A DNA stretch of 64,000 nt from NCBI RefSeq assembly GCF_009914755.1, contig NC_060925.1, one strand, 5' to 3'. Under the pieces are notes generated by a model. The model saw nothing but the letters and a program-made list of their open reading frames with translations, was not told the origin of the DNA and ran no database searches. The DNA comes from the human T2T-CHM13v2.0 reference genome, Homo sapiens. The position numbers and the translations under genes were made by a program. Below, in pieces: positions 40,138 to 56,600 of this stretch (positions within the stretch are counted from its first letter, which is position 1; each line of letters begins with the position of its first letter).

Positions 40138-41549
40138 GGCTTATATACATTTATATATTTGTAAATATTTATATATACAAAAACAATGTATTTATCTAAT
40201 ATATATTATATATTAGATTATATTATGTAAATTATATATTAGATATATTATTATATATTATATATAAATATGCTTGTTTTTATTTTCTGTGGTATATAAA
40301 CAACAGAACGTAAGAAGAGCAAGTGACTAAGAGAAAAGCAGAAAAGTAAAGGCATATTTTTTTCAGTCAAATAGAAAAAATTCTGAATCAAGTTACTGAA
40401 GTATTCACTAGAGCCTCATGAAACATCATTTTCCAAACCCAGACTAAATTCATAAGGCTCAACTGATAAACAAAGACTTTTTTAAGAATTAAGAATTAGG
40501 TAAATGTTTAATTAAAACAATTTCAATTAAAAATGCTACATGTTTTTATATTTCTCATCTTTTATCCCTGAAAGAAGGTTGTTCTAACTCTTTCAGGAAA
40601 CATTAGCAAATTTATAAAATAACAAATCTTAAGGAAAGAAATTTTTAGAATCCAAAAGAGTACAGGCAAGCAATTCATTGTGCTTAAGAGTATTTGAACT
40701 TAAACTAAATCTTAGTATCTACATGGTGGATTATCTTTTTTGACTATAAAATGATAATGATGTACATTAATAATTTAATAGCAAAAAAGTTTAAAAATAC
40801 ATTATATGACATGTTGAATTTATAACTTTAAAAATTATTATAGTTGTATTTACTTGATTTCTAATATGTTATCAAATTTGCTTGACTTCAAATATAGTCA
40901 AATAAAAGAAAGCCTGCTGTATTTTAAGGGGAAACATCTAGAAAACATGATCTGAAAATATGCGTCCAAAAAGCTCACAACTAAAATAATGTTTACAGTA
41001 ATGAAGGATGCAAAAGTGTTTGTAAAACAGCTTTTCTTTAAAATGAGAAAAAAAAAACATAATTTTTTAAAGCTGGCACTATTATTCCAAAGAGGTGGTT
41101 CTGGAAAAACCATTCCTAACACTGCTTTCAACCAAACCAAAAGTGACAGAAACCCTAATTATTGGAGCTTTGCCTGATTATTTCAACAAAATTCATTTTC
41201 CACAAAGCAAAACCATTAAAATGCAAAGTACTTTTTCTTTTAGTTAAGTTAGGGTTATATCTGGAAAGAAATATAGTCACTACAATTGTTGTTCTATTTG
41301 TAACCTTGAATGGACCAGTGATTTGAAAATAACCTTATTGTTTTCCATCATCAAAAAGAAAAAAGATAAATTATTTTTTAAGAGCAAAAAATATTGAGGT
41401 TGTATTTTTCTCGATGAAAGAAAATGCCTTTTAGGAACAAATTATTTTTTTCTCCGGTATTTCTCTAATAAAAGCCTATGTATTATTCTAAGTTCAGATC
41501 AAATGCTATTTCTTAGAGACTTCTCTGATTTCTTCTGCCCAACATTAGA

Positions 41550-42035
41550 AGGAAGAAATACATTATAGACATGTATATAATGAAATACTGTTTAGCAGGT
41601 AAAAATTAATGAGCTGGGGCTATGTGAATGAACATGAGGAAATTATAAAATCACAATTTAAATTAAATAAAACAGTTTATAAGGCAATATAAATGACATT
41701 TATATAAATAATATATATTTAGATATGAATATATTTCTATTTAACCTAATATTTAAAATACGGCTATTGTTTAAAACCTTGAACACATATAGTAAAAGTA
41801 TAAAATCTGGATGATACTTTTAAACTTCAAAAACAGGATATTGGTTATCTCTGGAGAGAAAGAAATAGAGCTGTAACTGTGGAGTTGAGGCAGGAATTGA
41901 GGAATTTCTACTAACCATGCAATTATTTTTACAAACCATTAAACATGATTGGAAGTTAATATGGCATGAAGTTAAGATTTGACAGTTGATTAGTAGATAC
42001 GTGGACATTTGTAATATTATCCTATATACAATAAT
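41550..42035 (+). mobile_element. Old L1M (L1ME-like) 3' end
   Basis: aatgaaatactgtttagca...ggttatctctggagag...tagatacgtggacattt. Confidence 0.5.
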
Positions 42036-42187
42036 TTAACCTGGGAGTATTTCTTTTTCTTTTTTTTTTTTAAGTGTAACATAGTGAATAGGTGTGTATG
42101 CTTCAGGGATATAAAAACGCATCTTGAAAACTAACGGTAAAACAATAATCAACAGATGCAAATAATCCACCAAGGTCAATGTATATG

Positions 42188-43885
42188 AAGACTTCAAGAT
42201 GGCTTGCCAAACGTATCCGGTACTCACCTCCCCCATAAAGAAGAACCAAAAGAAATCACACTTCCAATAGAGCACATAAGAGAGAATGCTGAAATTCAGT
42301 AGAGAAATCACAGGTAATGCCTTAGGCAAGGGGAGAGCGAAGCAAGGCAGCCTGGTCAGCCAGGATTTACCGGGAGCCTGGAGACGCTCTATGATATTGG
42401 GAAAGGGTAAGTGAGTAACCCCCAGCAGTTCATGTTTCTATCTTGTATTTCTTGTGTGTCTTCTAGCTACAGGAGAGCCCCTCAACCTACATGGGCCCTG
42501 AGACTAACGTAGAGAGCTGCCTGGAGACTGTGTGTTGGCAACCCATGTAGCCTCCAGTCCTAAACAGCTATAGCGAGGCACCATTTTGAGAGCCTCACCC
42601 TGAGGCTGCATCCTGTTCTGAAGCCCAGCAGACCCTGAATCTCCACAACCCTGTAGTTTCATTGACATGCCCTGCCTGCAGCCACGGCCAAAGCATAAGC
42701 CATTGGCAGCAACCCTGCTGCCCCCGGCAACAGGGCCACTGTGCATTTACAAGTGCTCCGAGGAAAGGCTTCCCCACTTGAAGCTGTCACCTGGGACTGA
42801 AATGTGTACTCCCCAGCTGCCGGTTTATAACTGTTGCCACTGAAAGCAACCCTGCTCTTCTCTGCAGCAGGGTCACAGCACAGAAGCTTGTACCACACAA
42901 CCAGTCATGTTGCCAGGAGCACCTGGAGGTCCAGGAATTGGCCCATCTGAAACTGCTAACATTGGTGGCAGTGTACGCTAACTCTGGGGCCCAGGGATAG
43001 GCACGCTCAGCCTGCCACTGCCACCTCTGGGCTCTGAGGACTGACCCATCTGATGTCCCTGTCCAGCAAAATTACCACAGCCTCCACTAAAAATTATGCC
43101 CTAAACCCCTGAGGATATCACAGACACTATTCATGCTGTTTATAGCCAAATAAATCAAATGAAGATTACTACTGCATGTACCCAGAATCAAAGCCAAATT
43201 ATGCTGCCCAACCAATACCACAGATGCATCTTCAGGAAAGTCCCCTCCTACAAAAGCAAATTCAAACAAATGGAAAGACATGACTGTTACACCAGATGTG
43301 CAGACATCAGTGTAAAAATACAAAAAAAAAAAAAAAAAAAAAAAAAAGAGAGAAAGCAAGGAAATGTGACGTCTCCAAAGAATCACAATAATTCTCTAGC
43401 AACAGATTCTAAAGAAAAACAAATTATGAAATCCCTGGAAAAGAATGAAACATAATGATATTAAAGAAGTTCAGTGGCATACAAGAAAACTCAGAAAAAC
43501 AATACAAAGAAAGCAGAAAAAAAAGTCAGGATGTGCATGAGAACTTTACCAGTGATCGGTATCATAAAAATGAAACCAACAGAAATTTTGGAGCTTAAGT
43601 AACCATTGAATAAAATACAAGATACATTCAAAAGCTTCAAAAATGGACTAGATGAAGAAGAAATAATTTTAGAACCTGAAGGCAGGTCTTTTGAAGTAAT
43701 CTAGTCAGACTGAAACAAAACAAAACAAAACAAAAAAAGAAATAACAAAGTCTATGTGACATATGGGACACTATAAAGCAACCAAATATCCAAATATTTG
43801 GTGTCCCAGAAGGTGAAGAGAATATGAAAACAATAGAAAGCCTATTAAATGAAATAATAGTTGAAAATCTCCCAAGTTTAGCAAG
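42188..43885 (+). mobile_element. L1M (L1MA-like) 5'UTR and ORF1 start
   Basis: gacttcaagatggc start and GC-rich 5'UTR. ORF1-like ccaaagaatcacaataattct...gaaataatagttgaaaatctcccaagt. Confidence 0.8.
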
Positions 43886-44008
43886 AGGCAGAAGATTGCT
43901 TGAGCCCAGGAGGTCAAGGATGCAGTGAGCTATGATCATACAATTGTATTCCATAGCCTAGGTGAGAGAGGGAGATTCTGTCTCAAAAAATAAAAAGAAA
44001 AAAACAAA
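43884..44008 (+). mobile_element. AluJ right-arm 3' fragment with A tail
   Basis: gaggcagaagattgcttgagcccaggagg...tctcaaaaaa. Confidence 0.9.
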
Positions 44009-44009
44009 A

Positions 44010-44895
<886 letters not shown>

Positions 44896-45090
44896 CATAA
44901 TATGTGTATTAAGGAGAAGATAATGTTTAACAATTAATATAATAAGAGGTATACCACAAAGATTAGCACAATAAAAATATGTAAGTCAGGAATCAATATT
45001 ATTCTTAAAAAAAGATAATTAGTAAAAAAAATCTTTGAAAATAGAATAAATGAATATCTTTTTTACTATTATTTAACTTTATAATCAAAA

Positions 45091-45400
45091 TTTTTTGTTT
45101 GTTTATTTTATGAGACAGGGTCTCACTCTGTCTCCCATGGCGGAGTGCAGTGGTGCAATCTCAGCCCACTCCAACCTCTGCCTCCCAGGTTCAAGCAATC
45201 CTCCCCCACCCTCATCCTCCTGGGTAGCTGGGACTACACGTGTGCACTACCACACCCAGCTAATTTTTGTATTTTTTGTAGAGATGGGGTTTTGCCATGT
45301 TGCCCAGTCTGTCTGGTCTTGGACTCCTGAGTTCAAGTGATCCACCCGCCTCAGCCTCCCATAGTGCTGCAATTACAGGTGTGAGCCATTGCACCCAGCC
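45091..45400 (-). mobile_element. Alu (AluJb/S-like)
   Basis: Full dimer, TSD tcaaa(a/g)tttt. Confidence 0.95.
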
Positions 45401-46618
45401 TCAAAGTTTTAATTAACATAATTTTTTGAAACATTTGTAACATTATATTTTCTTTTTCAATTTTTATGTCTTTTTCTTAAAATACATTATCATGCAAATA
45501 GTTGCATGTGCATGGGTGCACAGATGTATGTATTATGAGCCAAAAACCAAGTCTCAGTAATTTTAAAAGAAATCAAGTGAAACAATTTATGCTCTCTGAT
45601 CACAATTGAATTAAATTATAAATTATAAATCAACACTAAGAATAAATGGAGAAATGTTCTCTATTCATGTGTGTGCAGACTCAATAATGTTAAGGTACCA
45701 ATATCTTCAACTTGATATCTGGATTCCAAGTAATCACGATTATAAGTCACAATGCAGGGTTTTTTTTAAGAAATTAATATAATTTGTATATAAGTATAAT
45801 GAAATGAGAAGAGCCACAATAACAAATAATAAAAAGATGAAAAAAGATGAACAAAGTTGAAGGACTTACAAGCTCAAGACTTCTTATAAAGCCATATTAA
45901 AAAAGACAGTGTGGTATTGGTGTAGACAGACAAATGGTCAAGGAAGAAGAGAACCCACACATGTATAGACAACTAACTAGCAACGAATTTGCAAATGCAA
46001 TTCAGCAGAGAAATGAGTCTCTTTAACAAATCGTGCTGGAAAAGTTGGATATATGCAATAATGTGAATTTTGATCTATGTTTTGTATCATATAAAAATAA
46101 TTAAAAATGGATCCTAGACATAACGTAAAACCAAAAACTATAAAACATCTAGAAGTAAACCTTAGTGACCTTGGGTTAGGTAAAGATTTTTTATGTATCA
46201 CAACAAAGTCACAGTCTACAAAAGAACAGATTGATACTATGAACTTCATCAAAATGAAAATTTCTGTCTTTTAATAGATATTGTTAAAAGAGTTGACAAT
46301 TAAGTCATGGATTGCGAGAATGTCATCTATGTGATATCATCTATGTGATAAAGGATTTGTTCCTAGAATATATATGTAACTCTCGAAACTCAATAACATG
46401 AAAATAACCCAAGAAAAAACCTGGCAAAATACTGTTATACCAAGGAAGATATATGGAGAGTACATAACCATGTGAACAGAAGCTTAATATCATTCATCAT
46501 TAGGAAAATGCAAGTCAAAACCAAAATGAGAGATTATGATATCTATTAGAATGGCACAAATTAAAAAGCTGACCATACCAAGTATTCGCAAAGATATGGA
46601 AAAAAACTGGAATTGTCT

Positions 46619-47130
46619 TTTGCTTTTTTGACATAGAGTCTCGCTCTATCACTCAGGCTGAAGTGCAGAGGTGTGACTGTATCTCCCTGCAGCTTCAACT
46701 TTCCAGGCTCACAGGATCCTCCTGCCTCAGCTTCCTGAGTAGCTGGGACTATAAGCACATGCCACCATGCCTGGCTACTTTAAAAAATAAAATGTAGGCC
46801 GTGTGCAATGGCGCATGCCTGTAATCTCAGCACTTTGGGAGGCTGTGAGTGGATCACCTGAGGTCAGGAGTTCGAGACCAGCCTGACTAATATGATGAAA
46901 CCCTGTCTCTACTAAATACAAAAAATAAAATTAGCTGGGCGTGGTGGCACATGCCTGTAATCCTAGCTACTCAAGAGGCTGAGGCAGGAGAATTGCTTGA
47001 ACCTGGGAGGTGGAGGTGCAGTGAGCTGAGATGGTGCCATCGCACTCCAGCCTGGGCAACAAGAGCGAAACTCCGTCTAAAAAAAAAAAAAAAAATTAGT
47101 AGAGACAAGGTCTCTCTATGTTGCCTAGAA
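46619..47130 (-). mobile_element. 5'-truncated AluJ split at its linker by a younger Alu
   Basis: Right arm 46619-46790, left-arm stub 47096-47130, TSD-like tggaatt on both sides. Confidence 0.8.
46797..47095 (+). mobile_element. Alu (AluS-like)
   Basis: Full dimer with A tail. Confidence 0.95.
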
Positions 47131-47393
47131 TGATGGAATTTTCATACCTTACTATTGAAAATATAAACTGCTATAACTACTTTGAAAAATAGTTTAGAAG
47201 TTTCTTTAAATATTCAATATAAACCTAGCATGATTAATCTGTTTCATTTCTAGCTAATGTCCTTGCAAAGACTTGTACATGAATGTTCATGGCAGCTTTA
47301 TTTGTATTAGTCATGACTTAGGGTTATCAGACTAAAAAAGTGCATATAGTTAAATATGAATTTCAGATGAACAACAGAAAATTTTCATTGTAA

Positions 47394-47750
<357 letters not shown>

Positions 47751-47805
47751 AATACTAATGGTTTATCCAAGTATCTGCTTATCTGAAATTCAAATATCAC
47801 TGAGC

Positions 47806-48340
47806 TTAGCATTTTCAACAATGTAGATGATCATAGAAGACATTATGCTAATTGAAAGAAGCCAGTCACAGAAGGACAAATACTGCATGATTCTACTTAC
47901 CTGACTTATCTTAAATAGTCGAAATCGTTGAAGCAGAGAATAGACTGGTGGTTGCCAGGGGCTGAAGGGAAGGAGGAAATGTGGAATTGTTGCACAACTG
48001 GTATAAAGTTTCAGTTATACAATGTGACTAAGTTTTCAAGCTCTGCTATACAACATTGTACTTATAGTTAACAATATGGTATTATGTACCTTAAAATAGA
48101 AAGAGAATAGATCTATTGTTGAGTATTCTTACCACAAACAAACCAAAAACTTACAGAAGAACACAAGAACATTTTTGTAGGTGATAAATAGGTTGAGTAG
48201 CTTGATTGTGGTGATATAGTGAGTATATGGCATATGCATATGTCCAAACTCTTCAAAATGCATATATTAAATATGTACAATTTTCATATATTAACTATAT
48301 ACTAAAAGCTTATATATATAAATATAGCTTAAGAAAAATA
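47806..48340 (+). mobile_element. L1MA9/L1MB-like 3' end
   Basis: gacattatgctaattgaaagaagccagtcacagaaggacaaatactgcatg...cttgattgtggtgat. Confidence 0.85.
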
Positions 48341-49588
48341 TTGCATTTCTAAGTTTTGTTAGAAAAATTTCAATTACTCATAGAGGTACTAGTTTCACTC
48401 TTAATTATGTGCAGTGTATTTTATTATCCATAGGATACTATTGGAGGCTCACCAACTCTAAATTGTTCATGCATAGTTCCTATCACTACCATTTTCAAAT
48501 ACCAAGTAGAAAAGACCTACATGAGTGATGTATTAAACAAAGAAATAAACAATCCACAAACATTTCTTGAGTATCTATTATAGAAACAGCATCCAAGGAA
48601 ATAATTGGATAAAGAATAGGAAAGGTTTTTGTTTGTCGGTTTGTTTTTATCTTCCGGATACATAATAAATTACTTGTCAGTTTTCTGTCAAGAAATCTAT
48701 TAAGCCAAAAGGTTGTAAGAATGCACTGAGTTGGTTGTGAGGGTGGTAGCAAATAATCTTACAAGAAAAATTTTAAGACAAAATAGAAAGAATGAATGGC
48801 AAATTTACAAATTTAGAGATTGCTTAAGATTTGTTCCAATAATGAATAAATAAAAGTAAATTAAAATGAAAGTTTAAAAACAAAACAAATTTAACTGGTT
48901 ACACTGTTTTATTTTTTTCTCCTAATTCTGGCAACCCTATGCCCATTAATAGGAAAATTTGATATTTTTGTGCATTGTATCACTACAAACGAATAAAAAG
49001 AATAAACTATTGATATATTCAATAACACAAATAAATCTCAAAATAATTATTGAGTGAAAAAAGCCAGAGAAAAATTAATGGTAGTATAATTCTATTTACA
49101 TAAAATTCTATGAAATGAAAAGTAATGGACAGTGACAGAAAGCAGATTAGTGGTTGCCAAGGAATGGGAGAAGGGGCATAGTGCAGGTGCAGATAGTTAT
49201 TACAAGGAGAAAAAAAATTGGGGGGTTATTGGTGTGTTCATTATCTCAATTGTGGTGCTGATTTTCACAGGTGTATACCTATGTTTAAACTCATCAAATT
49301 ATACATTTTAAATGAATGCACATTATTTTATGGCAATAGTCTCTTAAAGTTAGTTTTAAGTAAATAAAAATTCAAAAAGAAGAAAATAAAAATAAAATTT
49401 AAAATTCAATAACATTCTTACTTGTTAAAGGTAGGTAAAGAAAGTTAAAAACTAAATGTATATAAATAAAGAGGTGTGGTTTTTATATAAAAATACACAT
49501 ATTCTCATATAAAATAAATAATTTAAATGAACACATTACTTGTTCATGAAAGGGAAAAGGCATTTTGTAGTTTAATGTAAATTTCAGC

Positions 49589-49733
49589 AGCCCGGCATAG
49601 TGGCTCACGCCTGTAATCCTAGCACTTTGGGAGGCCAAGGCAGGAGGATACCTTGAGCGCAGGAGTTCGAGATTGGCCTGAGTAACATAGGGAGATCCTA
49701 TCTCTGTTAAAAAGTATATAAATAAATAAATAA
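49589..49733 (+). mobile_element. FLAM monomer
   Basis: Single monomer, TSD taaattt(c/t)agcag. Confidence 0.9.
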
Positions 49734-49904
49734 ATTTTAGCAGAATAATTATGATTTTTTAAAAGTTTAAATTATTCTCAAATCTGTTTATAATACCAAG
49801 TGTCTAGAATTCTAAAATATTTGTTCAAAGAAGAAAAATATGAAGTATACAGTTAGAGAAAACAAGATGTTAAATATTTTGCAAGAAACTAAGTAATAAT
49901 TTTA

Positions 49905-51240
49905 TGTTTTCATTTAACACAAATACATTAGACATATATTATTTGACAGTTATTCTTGGAGTCACTGCTACAAAAATAAAAAATATGTCAAAGTTACTTT
50001 CTTGGGCTCATATTCTATAGGTGGTAATAGTAAAAAGTAAATTCAAGAAAACAATATAATTCCTGACAATGTACATTACTATGGCAACAAAAAGGCCAGA
50101 AGTAACAGAAGAAAACGGAAGTGAAGTGTATTATTCTTCATAGGATGTCTGGGTAAGGTCTTTTCGAAGAGGCAATGCGTGATTTCAAATTTGAATGGAG
50201 GAAAGGAGAAAACCACTCACTCTCTGAAGAACATAATTTCAGTCCTGGGTAAAAAGTTTGGCAAACTTGAAGACAACCATGAAGACTACTGAGTTTGAAG
50301 CCCAATCAGTGAGAAAAAGAAAAAAAAAATCGTGAGAAAGGAGCTCAGAGAGGTAGTCAGAAACTAGATTACAAGATATCCTACAGGCAATGATTGGACT
50401 TTGAATTTTATTTATTCTAAGAGTAATAGGGAAGGATGTAATCTGACTTATATTTTCAAAAGATCTGTTTGATTATAAAGCATTTTTGAAATATAAAGCA
50501 TTAGAGAGACAAGAGTTAGAAAGAAATTACACCAATCAAGCATGAGATTACGGTAGGCTGGAATGAAATAGTGATAACAAATTAATGAGAAGTAGTCCAC
50601 TTTTCAAATGTGCACAGAAATAACAGGAGTAATTGATTACATTGGGAATCATGAAAGAAAAACGAGTCAATGATAATTCCAAGTATTTTGCTTAAGCACT
50701 TTATATTAAAGTTAGGATGATTTACTAAAATTCATGACACACTGAAGTATGACCAGGTTCCTGTAGAATAACTAATATTTTGGTTTTGCACGTCATAAGT
50801 ATGTGATGCCTAATTGACTCTTACATGAAGTTTTCATGTAAACTGTCAGACTTGTACAGAAGTCTGGAATTGATGGGGAGGGTCTTCGCAGGATATAAGT
50901 CTGGAATCATTATCTCTTAGTTGGTAATTAAAGTCATGAGATGAACCAAGTCACCTAGCAAATGACTGTAGATGTAGATGAGAAAAATTCAAAGTAGGGA
51001 GCAGTAAGATAGTAATAAATGCAGTAAATATCTCAGAAATCAAACGAAAAAATGTTTCCAACAATAGGCAGTGATTATGATTAATTTATTCAAATGCTGC
51101 TGAGAGCAAGAATAACTGAATATTCTATTTGGTGGTGTAGGGGTTATTGGTGACATTGAGTGGAGCAGAATAGTATCGACAAAGTCTTGATTGAAGTGGA
51201 TTTTAAGAGAGAGAGAGAGAATTCATTTCTAAACAACTCT
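49905..51240 (-). mobile_element. L2 LINE relic
   Basis: ttcatttaacacaaatac start; ggactttgaattttattt, tcaaatgctgctgagag. Confidence 0.7.
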
Positions 51241-52982
51241 TTCAAGGTCTACAGAGGAATTCTACTTGAGGGTGCTGCCTTGCACCTCTAATCCTAGCTC
51301 CTGTCGCCTCTGGAAAACTCTGAATTTTTTTCTTTTTTGGAGAACAATCCTCATAATTTTCAACTAGAAGAAGTCAGTTGGTCTCCTTTGATTTTTTCTT
51401 CGTAGGTATCTCTGTGGATTTCCAGGAAAAAAATTTTGCTATCTCCAACACTAGTCTTCCATCTAGATGCTATCTCCAAAGGATCTTTCACTTTTTATAG
51501 ATATTATTTGCAGCTTTGTCAGTTTTGGGAAGAAAGCTTCCCCTAGTAGCTCTTTAGTATCATTCTAGGGATCCAAAGGACCTCAAAAGCCCAGCTTATT
51601 TGAATATTTTATATTTCTTAACTTCCTTAAACTATATATTATCGTTCTTACAGTTACTTATATATTACGGTTTTTGACTTTCTTACACTAAAAACCTCAT
51701 GACCTCTTGAGCTCTTTGTATTTGTTGGAACTGAGCTTGTGTTATTTCTGGAACTGTCATCTTTGAAGCCATTTTCTTTCATGGGTATTTTAAGCTGAAG
51801 TTTTCTCTACATTTATTCCTTAATCAATCCCATCCATTTTGCTTTCTTTGTTCCTGGAATTTATCAAAATGAACTTAATGAAACCATCCTTCCTTATTAT
51901 TCTGTGTTATTATTAATTTAATTCTACTTTTATGGTATTTTCTGATATTTTGAGGAATTTTGCTATAGAGGAGAAATACCAAAATTTCCCTTTAAAAATA
52001 AGCATTGAATTTATAAAATTTTGACTTAGGAAAACATATATAACACCATTCTTTTAAGTTATAAAAAATTATACCTGAAGCTTTAATCCCAACCAAAAGA
52101 AATATAAGTCAAATCGATGAATTCACTTAAGCTGAACAAATATGCTTACTGATGCTAAACCATATATTTTATTTAGATTGTTATTTAGAAGTCAATGGGT
52201 TCTGAATATAATTATTTAATTGAATATATGAACCAGTATTATAGGACACAATTCTGATTATATAAATTATAATTACAATTGATAATGAACTAAAGGAAAC
52301 TTTTGCCAGCACTCTAATCAGGTCAATGTTAAGGCACATGTGCAAAAGATATGCCACAAACTATTAGAAGAGTGTTTAATTGTCTAGAATTATTTAAAAT
52401 ATTTTAAAATAACATATTTATGTCAACATACAACACAAACATATCATAATATATTTAATATAATTTTTATATACTTTTTCTAAATATGTAAAAGGATTTG
52501 AAAAATACTATTCTTAAGTAAAAATTAAATAGAAAATTATGGCTTAGGGTAAAGGTTGTAATAATACAAAATGATAACCGTGCTTCATATGAAGCATTAT
52601 GTTATGTTCTTCTATTTTAACAATAATTGAGACATATTATACTACTATTTTAATTTTTATAGAGGAGAGAGATGACACATAGGAAGTTAAAGTTACTTGT
52701 TCGTGAAATCATAACAGTCTCTCAGACCACAACATAATCAAATTAGGGCTTAAGATTAAGAAACTCATTCAAAACCACACAACTGCACAGAAACTGAACA
52801 ACCTGCTCCTTAATGATTCCTTGGTAAATAATGAAATTAAGGCAGAAATCAAGAAATTTTTTGAAACTAAGGAGAACAAAGAGATAGCATACCCAGAATT
52901 TCTGGGACACAGCTAAAGCAGTATTAAGAGGGAAATTTATCCGCTAAGTGCCCACATCAAAAAGCTAGAAAGATTTCAAATC

Positions 52983-53290
52983 GGAATGGTGTGGTGGCTC
53001 ACTCCTGTAATCCCAGCACTTTGGGAGGCTGAGATGGGTGTATCGCTTGAGGTCAGGAGTTTGAGAACAGCCTGGCCAACATGGTGAAATGCTGTCTCTA
53101 GTAAAAATACAAAAATTAGCCAGGCATGGTGGAGGGTGTCTGTAATAACAGCTACTCAGGAGGCTGAGGCAGGAGAAGTCTTGAACCCGGGAGGCAGGGT
53201 TTGCAGTGAGCCAAGATCACACCACTGCACTCCAGCCTAGGTGACAGAGTGAGACTCCATCTCAAACAAACAAACAAACAAACAAAACCC
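52983..53290 (+). mobile_element. Alu inside L1
   Basis: Dimer with (AAAC)n tail. Confidence 0.93.
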
Positions 53291-55001
53291 TCCCCCCATC
53301 AAAAAAAAGAAAAAAGCTCTGAAATCAACATCCTAAGATTGCAACTAAAAGAAATAGAGAACCATGAGCAAAGAAACCACAAAGCTAGCAGAAGACAAGA
53401 AACAACCCAGATCAGAGCAGAGCTGAATAAGATAGAGACACAAAAAAACCTTCAAAAAAATCAATGAATCCAGGAGCTGTTTCTTTGAAAAAATTAAAAT
53501 ATATTACTAGCTAGATTAACAAAGAAAAAAGAGAAGAATTGAATAGATACAATAAAAAATGATAAAGGGGATATCACCACTGACCCCACAGAAATGCAAA
53601 CAATCATCAGAGAGTAATATAAATGTCTCTATGCAAATAAACTAGAAAATCTAAAAAAAATTGATAAATTTCTGGACATATACACCCTCCCAAGCCTGAA
53701 CCAGGAAGAAGTTGAATCCATGAATAGACCAATAGTGAGTTCTGAAATTGAGGGAGTAATAAATAGCCTACCAACTAAAAAAGTCCAGGACCAGGTAGAT
53801 TTACAGCTGAATTCTTTCAGAGGTACAAGGAAGAGCTGGTACCATTTCTTCTGAAACTATTCCAAACAATTGAAAAGGAGGACTTCCTCCCTAATTCATT
53901 TTGTGAGGCCAGCATCACCTTAATACCAAAACCTGGCAACAACAAAAAAAAGAAAACTTCAGGCCAACATTTCTGATGAACACTGATGCAAAATTCCTCA
54001 GTAAAATACTGGCAAACCAAAGCCAGCAGCACATCAAAAAGCTTATCCACCATGATAAGGTCAGCTTCATCCCTGGGATGCAAGGCTGGCTCAACATATA
54101 TAAATCAATAAATGTAATCCATCACATAAACAGAACTAAAGACAAAAACCACATGATTATCTCAATAGACACAGAAAAGTCCTTCAATAAAATTCAACAT
54201 CCTTCATGTTAAAACCTCTCAGTAAACTAGATATTGAAGGAACATACCACAAAATAATAAAAGCCATTTATTACAAGTTTACAGCCAGTATCATACTGGA
54301 TGGGCAAAAGCTGGAAGCATTCCCCTTGAAAACGAGCACAAGACAAGGATGCCCTCTCTCACTACTCCTATTCAACACAGCATTGGAAGCTCCGGCCAGG
54401 GCAATCAGGCAAGAGAAAGAAATAAAGGGTATTCAAGCAGGAAAAAAGGAAGTCAAATTGTCTCTGTTTGCAGATGACATGATCTTTTATCTAGAAAACC
54501 CCATCGTCTCAGCCCAAAAGCTTTTTAAGCTGATAAGCAACTTCAGCTTAATCTCAGCATACAAAATCAAAGTACCCAAAATACAAGCATTCCTATACAG
54601 AAACAACAGACAAGCAGAGAGACAAATCATGAATGAACTGTTATTCACAATTGCTACAAAGAGAATAAAATACCTAGGAATGCAGTTAAGCAGGGAAGTG
54701 AAGGACCTCTTCAAGGAGAACAACAGACCACTGCTCAAGGAAATCAGAGAGGATAAAAACAAATGGAAAAACATTCCATGCTCATGGACAGAAAGAATCA
54801 ATATCATGACAATGGCCATACTGCCCAAATTAATTTATAGATTCAGTGCTATTCCCATTAAACCTACCATCAACATTCTTCACATAATTAGAAAAAACTA
54901 CTTTAAAATTCATATGAAACCAGAAAAGGGCCCACATAGCAAAGCCAATCATAAGCAAAAGGAAGAAAGCTGGAGGTATCATGCTACCTGACATCAAACT
55001 A

Positions 55002-56600
<1,599 letters not shown>

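Noticed and set aside
42300-43090. GC-rich stretch as a host promoter/CpG island
   Set aside because: CpG-poor and explained as the L1M 5'UTR leading into ORF1.
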